64,000 nucleotides of DNA from Eledone cirrhosa. Its lineage: Eukaryota. Below the pieces are notes generated by a model that was not told the origin of the DNA, did not search any database, and saw nothing but the letters and a program-made list of their open reading frames with translations. Shown one piece after another: positions 38,801 through 51,000 of the stretch. How positions within the stretch are numbered: position 1 is the first letter of the stretch; every line of letters begins with the position of its first letter. The position numbers and the translations under genes were made by a program. The DNA lies in contig OZ024744.1 of assembly GCA_964016885.1 (NCBI GenBank), forward strand, positions 5,332,001 through 5,396,000, read 5' to 3'.

Positions 38801-41800
38801 TGGTAGACAATCAGGGTGGTAGCAGAGGTCTATGTTGGTAGACAGTGGTGTTGGTAGCAGAGGTCTATGTTGGTAGACAGTGGTGTTGGTAGCAGAGGTC
38901 TATCTTGGTAGACAGTGGTGTTGGTAGCAGAGGTCTATCTTGGTAGACAGTGCTTTTGGTAGCAGAGGTCTATATTGGTAGACAGTGGTGTTGGTAGTAG
39001 AGGTATATCTTGGTAGACAGTGGTGTTGGTAGCAGAGGTCTATGTTGGTAGACAGTGAGGTTGGTAGCAGAGGTCTATCTTGGTAGACAGTGAGGGTGGT
39101 AGCAGAGGTCTATCTTGGTAGACAGTGGTGTTGGTAGCAGATGTCTATCTTGGTAGACAGTGGTGTTGGTAGCAGAGGTCTATGTTGGTAGACAGTGGTG
39201 TTGGTAGCAGAGGTCTATCTTGGTAGACAGTGGTGTTGGTAACAGAGGTCTATCTTGGTAGACAGTGGTGTTAGTAGCAGAGGTCTATCTTGGTAGACAG
39301 TGGTGGTGGTAGCAAGGTCTATCTTGGTAGACAGTGGTGTTGGTAGCAGAGGTCTATGTTGGTAGACAGTGGTGTTGGTAGCAGAGGTCTATCTTGGTAG
39401 ACAGTGGTGTTGGTAACAGAGGTCTATATTGGTAGACAGTGGTGTTGGTAGCAGAGGTCTATCTTGGTAGACAGTGGTGTTGGTAGCAGAGGTCTATCTT
39501 GGTAGACAGTGGTGTTGGTAGCAGAGGTATATCTTGGTAGACAGTGGTGTTGGTAGCAGAGGTATATCTTGGTAGACAGTGGTGTTGGTAGCAGAATCTA
39601 TCTTGGTAGACAGTGGTGTTGGTCGCAGAGGTCTATCTTGGTAGACAGTGAGGTTGGTAGCAGAGGTCTATCTTGGTAGACAGTGGTGTTGGTAGCAGAG
39701 GTCTATCTTGGTAGACAGTGATGTTGGTAGAAGAGGTCTATGTTGGTAGAAAGTGAGGTTGGTAGCAGAGGTCTATCTTGGTAGACAGTGGTGTTGGTAG
39801 CAGAGGTATATCTTGGTAGACAGTGGTGTTGGTAGCAGAGGTCTATATTGGTAGACAGTGGTGTTGGTAGCATAGGTTTATATTGGTAGACAGTGGTGTT
39901 GGTAGAAGAGGTCTATGTTGGTAGACAGTGGTGTTGGTAGCAGAGGTCTATCTTCGTAGACATTGAGGTTGGTAGCAGACATCTATCTTGGTAGACAGTG
40001 GTGTTGGTAGCAGAGGTTTATCTTGGTAGACATTGAGGTTGGTAGCAGAGGTCTATCTTGGTAGACAGTGGTGTTGGTAGCAGAGGTCTATCTTGGTAGA
40101 CAGTGGTGTTCGTAGCAGATGTCTATCTTGGTAGACAGTGGTGTTGGGAGCAGAGGTCTATGTTGGTAGACAGTGGTGTTGGTAGCAGAGGTTTATCTTG
40201 GTAGACATTGAGGTTGGTAGCAGAGGTCTATCTTGGTAGACAGTGGTGTTGGTAGCAGAGGTCTATGTTGGTAGACAGTGGTGTTGGTAGCAGAGGTCTA
40301 TCTTGGTAGACAGTGGTGTTGGTAGCAGAGGTCTATATTGGTAGACAGTGGTGTTGGTAGCAGAGGTCTATCTTGGTAGACAGTGAGGTTGGTAGCAGAG
40401 GTCTATCTTCGTAGACAGTGAGGTTGGTAGCAGAGGTCTATCTTGGTAGACAGTGGTGTTGGTAGCAGAGGTCTATGTTGGTAGACAGTGAGGTTGGTAG
40501 CAGAGGTCTATCTTGGTAGACAGTGAAGTTGGTAGCAGAGGTCTATCTTGGTAGACAGTGAGGGTGGTAGCAGAGGTCTATCTTGGTAGACAGTGGTGTT
40601 GGTAGCAGAGGTCTATCTTGGTAGACAGTGAGGTTGGTAGCAGAGGTCTATCTTGGTAGACAGTGGTGTTGGTAGCAGAGGTCTATCTTGGTAGACAGTG
40701 GGGTGGGTAGCAGAGGTCTATCTTGGTAGACAGTGGTGTTGGTAGCAGAGGTCTATCTTGGTAGACAGTGGTGTTGGTAGCAGAGGTCTATGTTGGTAGA
40801 CAGTGGTGTTGGTAGCAGAGGTTAATCTTGGTAGACAGTGGTGTTGGTAGCAGAGGTCTATCTTGGTAGACAGTGGTGTTGGTAGCAGAGATCTATCTTG
40901 GTAGACAGTAGTGTTGGTAGCAGAGGTCTATGTTGGTAGACAGTGGTGTTTGTAGCAGAGGTCTATGTTGGTAGACAGTGGTGTTGGAAGCAGAGGTCTA
41001 TCTTAGTAGACAGTGGTGTTGGTACATAGGTCTATGTTGGTAGACAGTGAGGTTGGTAGCAGAGGTCTATATTGGTAGACAGTGAGGTTGGTAGCAGAGG
41101 TCTATCTTGGTAGACAGTGAGGTTGGTAGCAGAGCTCTATCTTGGTAGAAAGTGGTGTTGGTAGCAGAGGTCTATGTTGGTAGACAGTGGTGTTGGTAGC
41201 AGAGGTTTATCTTGGTAGACAGTGGTGTTGGTAGCAGAGGTCTATGTTGGTAGACAGTGGTGTTGGTAGCAGAGGTATATCTTGGTAGGCAGTGGTGTTG
41301 GTAGCAGAGCTCTATCTTGGTAGACAGTGGTGTTGGTAGCAGAGGTCTTTCTTGGTAGACAGTGGTGTTGCTAGCAGAGGTCTATGTTGGTAGAAAGTGA
41401 GGTTGGTAGCTGAGGTCTATGTTGGTAGACAGTGGTGTTGGTAGCAGAAGTCTATCTTGGTAGACAGTGAGGTTGGTAGCAGAGGTCTATCTTGGTAGAC
41501 AGTGGTGTTGGTAGCAGAGGTCTATCTTGGTAGACAGTGGTGTTGGTAGCAGAGGTCTATCTTGGTAGACAGTGGTGTTGGTAGCAGAGGTCTATCTTGG
41601 TAGACAGTGGTGTTGGTAGCAGAGGTCTATCTTGGTAGACAGTGGTGTTGGTAGCAGAGGTCTATCTTGGTAGACAGTGGTGTTGGTAGCAGAGGTCTAT
41701 CTTGGTAGACAGTGGTGTTGCTAGCAGAGGTCTATCTTGGTAGACAGTGGTGTTGGTAGCAAAGGTCTATGTTGGTAGACAGTGAGGTTGGTAGCAGAGG

Positions 41801-44676
41801 TCTATCTTGGTAGACAGTGAGGGTGCTTGCAGAGGTCTATCTTGGTAGACAGTGGTGTTGGTAGCAGAGGTCTATCTTGGTAGACAGTGAGGTTGGTATC
41901 AGAGGTCTATCTTGGTAGACAGTGAGGTTGGTAGCAGAGGTCTATGTTGGTAGACAGTGGTGTTGGTAGCATAGGTCTATCTTGGTAGACAGTGGTGTTG
42001 GTAGCAGAGGTCTATGTTGGTAGACAGTGGTGTTGGTAGTAGAGGTTTATCTTGCTAGACAGTGGTGTTGGTAGCAGATGTCTATCTTGGTAGACAGTGG
42101 TGTTGGTAGCAGAGGTCTATCTTGGTAGACAGTGGTGTTGGTAGCAGATATCTATCTTGGTAGACAGTGGTGTTGGTAGCAGAGGTCTATGTTGGTAGAC
42201 AGTGGTGTTGGTAGCAGAGGTCTATCTTGGTAGTCAGTGGTGTTGGTAGCAGAGGTCTATCTTGGTAGACAGTGGTGTTGGTAGCAGAGGTCTATCTTGG
42301 TAGACAGTGGTGTTGGTAGCAGAGGTCTATGTTGGTAGAAAGTGAGGTTGGTAGCAGAGGTCTATGTTGGTAGACAGTGGTGTTGGTAGCAGAGGTCTAT
42401 CTTGGTAGACAGTGGTGTTGGTAGAAGAGGTCTATGTTGGTAGACAGTGAGGTTGGTAGCAGAGGTCTATCTTGGCAGACAGTGAGGTTGGTAGCAGAGG
42501 TCTATGTTGGTAGACAGTGGTGTTGGTAGCAGAGGTCTATGTTGGTAGACAGTGGTGTTGCTAGCAGAGGTCTATCTTGGTAGACAGTGGTGTTGGTAGC
42601 AGAGGTCTATCTTGGTAGACAGTGGTTTTGGTAGCAGAGGTCTATATTGGTAGACAGTGGTGTTGGTAGTAGAGGTCTATCTTGGTAGACAGTGGTGTTG
42701 GTAGCAGATGTCTATCTTGGTAGACAGTGGTGTTGGTAGCAGAGGTCTATCTTGGTAGACAGTGGTGTTGGTAGCAGAGGTCTATCTTGGTAGACAGTGG
42801 TGTTGGTAGCAGAGGTCTATCTTGGTAGACAGTGTTGTTGGTAGCAGAGGTCTATCTTGGTAGACAGTGGTGTTGGTAGCAGACATCTATCTTGGTAGAC
42901 AGTGGTGTTGGTAGCAGATGTCTATCTTGGTAGACAGTGGTGTTGGTAGCAGAGGTCTATCTTGGTAGGCAGTGGTGTTGGTAGCAGAGGTCTAACTTGG
43001 TAGACAGTGGTGTTGGTAGCAGAGGTCTATGTTGGTAGACAGTGGTGTTGGTAACAGAGGTCTATCTTGGTAGACAGTGGTGTTGGAAGCAGAGGTCTAT
43101 CTTGGTAGACAGTGGTGTTGGTAGCAGAGGTCTATCTTGGTAGACAGTGTTATTGGTAGCAGAGGTCTATCTTGGTAGACAGTGGTGTTGGTAACAGAGG
43201 TCTATCTTGGTAGACAGTGGTGTTGGTAGCAGAAGTATATCTTGGTAGACAGTGATGTTAGTAGAATAGGTCTATGTTGGTAGAAAGTGAGGTTGGTAGC
43301 AGAGGTCTATCTTGGTAGACAGTGGTGTTGGTAGCAGAGGTTTATATTGGTAGACAGTGGTGTTGGTAGCAGAGGTCTATCTTGGTAGACATTGAGGTTG
43401 GTAGCAGAGGTCTATCTTGGTAGACAGTGGTGTTGGTAGCAGAGGTCTATGTTGGTAGACAGTGGTGTTGGTAGCAGAGGTCTATCTTGGTAGACAGTGG
43501 TGTTGGTAGCAGAGGTCTATATTGGTAGACAGTGGTGTTGGTAGCAGAGGTCTATCTTGGTAGACAGTGAGGTTGGTAGCAGAGGTCTATCTTGGTAGAC
43601 AGTGAGGTTGGTAGCAGAGGTCTATCTTGGTAGATAGTGGTGTTGGTAGCAGAGGTCTATGTTGGTAGACAGTGAGGTTGGTAACATAGGTCTATCTTGG
43701 TAGACAGTGAGGTTGGTAGCAGAGGTCTATCTTGGTAGACAGTGAGGGTGGTAGCAGAGGTCTATCTTGGTAGACAGTGGTGTTGGTAGCAGAGGTCTAT
43801 GTTGGTAGACAGTGGTGTTTTTAGCAGAGGTTAATCTTGGTAGACAGTGGTGTTGGTAGCAGAGGTCTATCTTGGTAGACAGTGGTGTTGGTAGCAGAGG
43901 TCTATCTTGGTAGACAGTGGTGTTGGTAGCAGAGGTCTATCTTGGTAGACAGTGGTGTTGGTAACAGAGGTCTATGTTGGTAGACAGTGAGGTTGGTAGC
44001 AGAGGTCTATGTTGGTAGACAGTGGTGTTGGTAGCAGAGGTCTATCTTGGTAGACAGTGGTGTTGGTAGAAGAGGTCTATGTTGGTAGACAGTGAGGTTG
44101 GTAGCAGAGGTCTATCTTGGTAGACAGTGAGGTTGGTAGCAGAGGTCTATCTTGGTAGACAGTGGTGGTGATAGCAGAGGTCTATCTTGGTAGACAGTGG
44201 TGTTGGTAGCCGAGGTCTATCTTGGTAGACAATCAGGGTGGTAGCAGAGGTCTATGTTGGTAGACAGTGGTGTTGGTAGCAGAGGTCTATGTTGGTAGAC
44301 AGTGGTGTTGGTAGCAGAGGTCTATCTTGGTAGACAGTGGTGTTGGTAGCAGAGGTCTATCTTGGTAGATAGTGGTGTTGGTAGCAGAGGTCTATGTTGG
44401 TAGACAGTGAGGTTGGTAACATAGGTCTATCTTGGTAGACAGTGAGGTTGGTAGCAGAGGTCTATCTTGGTAGACAGTGAGGGTGGTAGCAGAGGTCTAT
44501 CTTGGTAGACAGTGGTGTTGGTAGCAGAGGTCTATGTTGGTAGACAGTGGTGTTTTTAGCAGAGGTTAATCTTGGTAGACAGTGGTGTTGGTAGCAGAGG
44601 TCTATCTTGGTAGACAGTGGTGTTGGTAGCAGAGGTCTATCTTGGTAGACAGTGGTGTTGGTAGCAGAGGTCTATC
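33133..44676. repeat. 11,544-bp tandem duplication, copy 1 (330 monomers)
   Basis: Markers recur at +11,544: ttAgtcgc 34409/45953, gtgCtttt 38953/50497, ggtaCat 35498/47042 and 41025/52569. 330x35 minus 6 counted deletions = 11,544. Confidence 0.93.
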
Positions 44677-45075
44677 TTGGTAGACAGTGGTGTTGGTAGC
44701 AGAGGTCTATGTTGGTAGACAGTGAGGTTGGTAGCAGAGGTCTATGTTGGTAGACAGTGGTGTTGGTAGCAGAGGTCTATCTTGGTAGACAGTGGTGTTG
44801 GTAGAAGAGGTCTATGTTGGTAGACAGTGAGGTTGGTAGCAGAGGTCTATCTTGGTAGACAGTGAGGTTGGTAGCAGAGGTCTATCTTGGTAGACAGTGG
44901 TGGTGGTAGCAGAGGTCTATCTTGGTAGACAGTGGTGTTGGTAGCCGAGGTCTATCTTGGTAGACAATCAGGGTGGTAGCAGAGGTCTATGTTGGTAGAC
45001 AGTGGTGTTGGTAGCAGAGGTCTATGTTGGTAGACAGTGGTGTTGGTAGCAGAGGTCTATCTTGGTAGACAGTGG
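43610..45075. repeat. 735-bp (21-monomer) tandem duplication; repeated near 55150-56620 and, one monomer shorter, near 58550-59980
   Basis: Markers agaTag 43635/44370, gtaAcatagg 43684/44419 and aatcaggg 44231/44966 are all at +735. Boundaries are approximate. Confidence 0.88.
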
Positions 45076-48000
45076 TGTTGGTAGCAGAGGTCTATCTTGG
45101 TAGACAGTGGTGTTGGTAGCCGAGGCCTATCTTGGTAGACAATCAGGGTGGTAGCAGAGGTCTATGTTGGTAGACAGTGGTGTTGGTAGCAGAGGTCTAT
45201 GTTGGTAGACAGTGGTGTTGGTAGCAGAGGTCTATCTTGGTAGACAGTGGTGTTGGTAGCAGAGGTCTATCTTGGTAGACAGTGGTGTTGGTAGTAGAGG
45301 TATATCTTGGTAGACAGTGGTGTTGGTAGCAGATGTCTATCTTGGTAGACAGTGGTGTTGGTAGCAGAGGTCTATCTTGGTAGACAGTGGTGGTGGTAGC
45401 AAGGTCTATGTTGGTAGACAGTGGTGTTGGTAGCAGAGGTCTATCTTGGTAGACAGTGATGTTGGTAACAGATGTCTATCTTGGTAGACAGTGGTGTTGG
45501 TAGCAGAGGTCTATCTTGGTAGACAGTGATGTTGGTAGCAGATGTCTATCTTGGTAGTCAGTGGTGTTGGTAGCAGAGGTCTATGTTGGTAGACAGTCGT
45601 GTTGGTAGCAGAGGTCTATCTTGGTAGGCAGTGGTGTTGGTAGCAGAGGTCTATCTTGGTAGACAGTGGTGTTGGTAGCAGAGGTCTATCTTGGTAGACA
45701 GTGGTGTTGGTAGCAGAGGTCTATCTTGGTAGACAGTGGTGTTGGAAGCAGAGGTCTATCTTGGTAGACAGTGGTGTTGGTAGCAGAGGTCTATCTTGGT
45801 TGACAGTGGTATTGGTAGCAGAGGTCTATCTTAGTAGACAGTGGTGTTGGTAACAGAGGTCTATCTTGGTAGACAGTGGTGTTGGTAGCAGAGGTATATC
45901 TTGGTAGACAGTGGTGTTGGTAGCAGAATCTATCTTGGTAGACAGTGGTGTTAGTCGCAGAGGCCTATCTTGGTAGACAGTGAGGTTGGTAGCAGAGGTC
46001 TATCTTGGTAGACAGTGGTGTTGGTAGCAGAGGTCTATCTTGGTAGACAGTGATGTTGGTAGAAGAGGTCTATGTTGGTAGAAAGTGAGGTTGATAGCAG
46101 AGGTCTATCTTGGTAGACAGTGGTGTTGGTAGCAGAGGTTTATATTGGTAGACAGTGGTGTTGGTAGCAGAGGTTTATCTTGGTAGACATTGAGGTTGGT
46201 AGCAGAGGTCTATCTTGGTAGACAGTGGTGTTGGTAGCAGAGGTCTATGTTGGTAGACAGTGGTGTTGGTAGCAGAAGTCTATCTTGGTAGACAGTGGTG
46301 TTGGTAGCAGAGGTCTATATTGGTAGACAGTGGTGTTGGTAGCAGAGGTCTATCTTGGTAGACAGTGAGGTTGGTAGCAGAGGTCTATCTTCGTAGACAG
46401 TGAGGTTGGTAGCAGAGGTCTATCTTGGTAGACAGTGGTGTTGGTAGCAGAGGTCTATGTTGGTAGACAGTGAGGTTGGTAGCAGAGGTCTATCTTGGTA
46501 GACAGTGAAGTTGGTAGCAGAGGTCTATCTTGGTAGACAGTGAGGGTGGTAGCAGAGGTCTATCTTGGTAGACAGTGGTGTTCGTAGCAGAGGTCTATCT
46601 TGGTAGACAGCGGTGTTGGTAGCAGAGGTCTATCTTGGTAGACAGTGAGGTTGGTAGCAGAGGTCTATCTTGGTAGACAGTGGTGTTGGTAGCAGAGGTC
46701 TATCTTGGTAGACAGTGGGGTGGGTAGCAGAGGTCTATCTTGGTAGACAGTGGTGTTGGTAGCAGAGGTCTATATTGGTAGACAGTGGTGTTGGTAGCAG
46801 AGGTCTATGTTGGTAGACAGTGGTGTTGGTAGCAGAGGTTAATCTTGGTAGACAGTGGTGTTGGTAGCAGAGGTCTATCTTGGTAGACAGTGGTGTTGGT
46901 AGCAGAGATCTATCTTGGTAGACAGTAGTGTTGGTAGCAGAGGTCTATGTTGGTAGACAGTGGTGTTTGTAGCAGAGGTCTATGTTGGTAGACAGTGGTG
47001 TTGGAAGCAGAGGTCTATCTTAGTAGACAGTGGTGTTGGTACATAGGTCTATGTTGGTAGACAGTGAGGTTGGTAGCAGAGGTCTATATTGGTAGACAGT
47101 GAGGTTGGTAGCAGAGGTCTATCTTGGTAGACAGTGAGGTTGGTAGCAGAGCTCTATCTTGGTAGAAAGTGGTGTTGGTAGCAGAGGTCTATGTTGGTAG
47201 ACAGTGGTGTTGGTAGCAGAGGTTTATTTTGGTAGACAGTGGTGTTGGTAGCAGAGGTCTATGTTGGTAGACAGTGGTGTTGGTAGCAGAGGTATATCTT
47301 GGTAGGCAGTGGTGTTGGTAGCAGAGCTCTATCTTGGTAGACAGTGGTGTTGGTAGCAGAGGTCTTTCTTGGTAGACAGTGGTGTTGCTAGCAGAGGTCT
47401 ATGTTGATAGAAAGTGAGGTTGGTAGCTGAGGTCTATGTTGGTAGACAGTGGTGTTGGTAGCAGAAGTCTATCTTGGTAGACAGTGAGGTTGGTAGCAGA
47501 GGTCTATCTTGGTAGACAGTGGTGTTGGTAGCAGAGGTCTATCTTGGTAGACAGTGGTGTTGGTAGCAGAGGTCTATCTTGGTAGACAGTGGTGTTGGTA
47601 GCAGATGTCTATCTTGGTAGACAGTGGTGTTGGTAGCAGAGGTCTATCTTGGTAGACAGTGGTGTTGCTAGCAGAGGTCTATCTTGGTAGACAGTGGTGT
47701 TGGTAGCAAAGGTCTATGTTGGTAGACAGTGAGGTTGGTAGCAGAGGTCTATCTTGGTAGACAGTGAGGGTGCTTGCAGAGGTCTATGTTGGTAGACAGT
47801 GGTGTTGGTAGCAGAGGTCTATCTTGGTAGACAGTGAGGTTGGTATCAGAGGTCTATCTTGGTAGACAGTGAGGTTGGTAGCAGAGGTCTATGTTGGTAG
47901 ACAGTGGTGTTGGTAGCATAGGTCTATCTTGGTAGACAGTGGTGTTGGTAGCAGAGGTCTATGTTGGTAGACAGTGGTGTTGGTAGTAGAGGTCTATCTT

Positions 48001-51000
48001 GCTAGACAGTGGTGTTGGTAGCAGATGTCTATCTTGGTAGACAGTGGTGTTGGTAGCAGAGGTCTATCTTGGTAGACAGTGGTGTTGGTAGCAGATATCT
48101 ATCTTGGTAGACAGTGGTGTTGGTAGCAGAGGTCTATGTTGGTAGACAGTGGTGTTGGTAGCAGAGGTCTATCTTGGTAGTCAGTGGTGTTGGTAGCAGA
48201 GGTCTATCTTGGTAGACAGTGGTGTTGGTAGCAGAGGTCTATCTTGGTAGACAGTGGTGTTGGTAGCAGAGGTCTATGTTGGTAGAAAGTGAGGTTGGTA
48301 GCAGAGGTCTATGTTGGTAGACAGTGGTGTTGGTAGCAGAGGTCTATCTTGGTAGACAGTGGTGTTGGTAGAAGAGGTCTATGTTGGTAGACAGTGAGGT
48401 TGGTAGCAGAGGTCTATCTTGGCAGACAGTGAGGTTGGTAGCAGAGGTCTATGTTGGTAGACAGTGGTGTTGGTAGCAGAGGTCTATGTTGGTAGACAGT
48501 GGTGTTGCTAGCAGAGGTCTATCTTGGTAGACAGTGGTGTTGGTAGCAGAGGTCTATCTTGGTAGACAGTGGTTTTGGTAGCAGAGGTCTATATTGGTAG
48601 ACAGTGGTGTTGGTAGTAGAGGTCTATCTTGGTAGACAGTGGTGTTGGTAGCAGATGTCTATCTTGGTAGACAGAGGTGTTGGTAGCAGATGTCTATCTT
48701 GGTAGACAGTGGTGTTGGTAGCAGAGGTCTATCTTGGTAGACAGTGGTGTTGGTAGCAGAGGTCTATCTTGGTAGACAGTGTTGTTGGTAGCAGAGGTCT
48801 ATCTTGGTAGACAGTGGTGTTGGTAGCAGACATCTATCTTGGTAGACAGTGGTGTTGGTAGCAGATGTCTATCTTGGTAGACAGTGGTGTTGGTAGCAGA
48901 GGTCTATCTTGGTAGGCAGTGGTGTTGGTAGCAGAGGTCTATCTTGGTAGACAGTGGTGTTGGTAGCAGAGGTCTATGTTGGTAGACAGTGGTGTTGGTA
49001 ACAGAGGTCTATCTTGGTAGACAGTGGTGTTGGAAGCAGAGGTCTATCTTGGTAGACAGTGGTGTTGGTAGCAGAGGTCTATCTTGGTAGACAGTGTTAT
49101 TGGTAGCAGAGGTCTATCTTGGTAGACAGTGGTGTTGGTAACAGAGGTCTATCTTGGTAGACAGTGGTGTTGGTAGCAGAAGTATATCTTGGTAGACAGT
49201 GATGTTAGTAGAATAGGTCTATGTTGGTAGAAAGTGAGGTTGGTAGCAGAGGTCTATCTTGGTAGACAGTGGTGTTGGTAGCAGAGGTTTATATTGGTAG
49301 ACAGTGGTGTTGGTAGCAGAGGTCTATCTTGGTAGACATTGAGGTTGGTAGCAGAGGTCTATCTTGGTAGACAGTGGTGTTGGTAGCAGAGGTCTATGTT
49401 GGTAGACAGTGGTGTTGGTAGCAGAGGTCTATCTTGGTAGACAGTGGTGTTGGTAGCAGAGGTCTATATTGGTAGACAGTGGTGTTGGTAGCAGAGGTCT
49501 ATCTTGGTAGACAGTGAGGTTGGTAGCAGAGGTCTATCTTGGTAGACAGTGAGGTTGGTAGCAGAGGTCTATCTTGGTAGATAGTGGTGTTGGTAGCAGA
49601 GGTCTATGTTGGTAGACAGTGAGGTTGGTAGCAGAGGTCTATCTTGGTAGACAGTGAGGGTGGTAGTAGAGGTCTATCTTGGTAGACAGTGGTGTTGGTA
49701 GCAGAGGTCTATGTTGGTAGACAGTGGTGTTTTTAGCAGAGGTTAATCTTGGTAGACAGTGGTGTTGGTAGCAGAGGTCTATCTTGGTAGACAGTGGTGT
49801 TGGTAGCAGAGGTCTATCTTGGTAGACAGTGGTGTTGGTAGCAGAGGTCTATCTTGGTAGACAGTGGTGTTGGTAGCAGAGGTCTATCTTGGTAGACAGT
49901 GGTGTTGGTAGCAGAGGTCTATGTTGGTAGACAGTGAGGTTGGTAGCAGAGGTCTATGTTGGTAGACAGTGGTGTTGGTAGCAGAGGTCTATCTTGGTAG
50001 ACAGTGGTGTTGGTAGAAGAGGTCTATGTTGGTAGACAGTGAGGTTGGTAGCAGAGGTCTATCTTGGTAGACAGTGAGGTTGGTAGCAGAGGTCTATCTT
50101 GGTAGACAGTGGTGGTGGTAGCAGAGGTCTATCTTGGTAGACAGTGGTGTTGGTAGCCGAGGTCTATCTTGGTAGACAATCAGGGTGGTAGCAGAGGTCT
50201 ATGTTGGTAGACAGTGGTGTTGGTAGCAGAGGTCTATGTTGGTAGACAGTGGTGTTGGTAGCAGAGGTCTATCTTGGTAGACAGTGGTGTTGGTAGCAGA
50301 GGTCTATCTTGGTAGACAGTGGTGTTGGTAGCCGAGGTCTATCTTGGTAGACAATCAGGGTGGTAGCAGAGGTCTATGTTGGTAGACAGTGGTGTTGGTA
50401 GCAGAGGTCTATGTTGGTAGACAGTGGTGTTGGTAGCAGAGGTCTATCTTGGTAGACAGTGGTGTTGGTAGCAGAGGTCTATCTTGGTAGACAGTGCTTT
50501 TGGTAGCAGAGGTCTATATTGGTAGACAGTGGTGTTGGTAGTAGAGGTATATCTTGGTAGACAGTGGTGTTGGTAGCAGAGGTCTATGTTGGTAGACAGT
50601 GAGGTTGGTAGCAGAGGTCTATCTTGGTAGACAGTGAGGGTGGTAGCAGAGGTCTATCTTGGTAGACAGTGGTGTTGGTAGCAGATGTCTATCTTGGTAG
50701 ACAGTGGTGTTGGTAGCAGAGGTCTATGTTGGTAGACAGTGGTGTTGGTAGCAGAGGTCTATCTTGGTAGACAGTGGTGTTGGTAACAGAGGTCTATCTT
50801 GGTAGACAGTGGTGTTAGTAGCAGAGGTCTATCTTGGTAGACAGTGGTGGTGGTAGCAAGGTCTATCTTGGTAGACAGTGGTGTTGGTAGCAGAGGTCTA
50901 TGTTGGTAGACAGTGGTGTTGGTAGCAGAGGTCTATCTTGGTAGACAGTGGTGTTGGTAACAGAGGTCTATATTGGTAGACAGTGGTGTTGGTAGCAGAG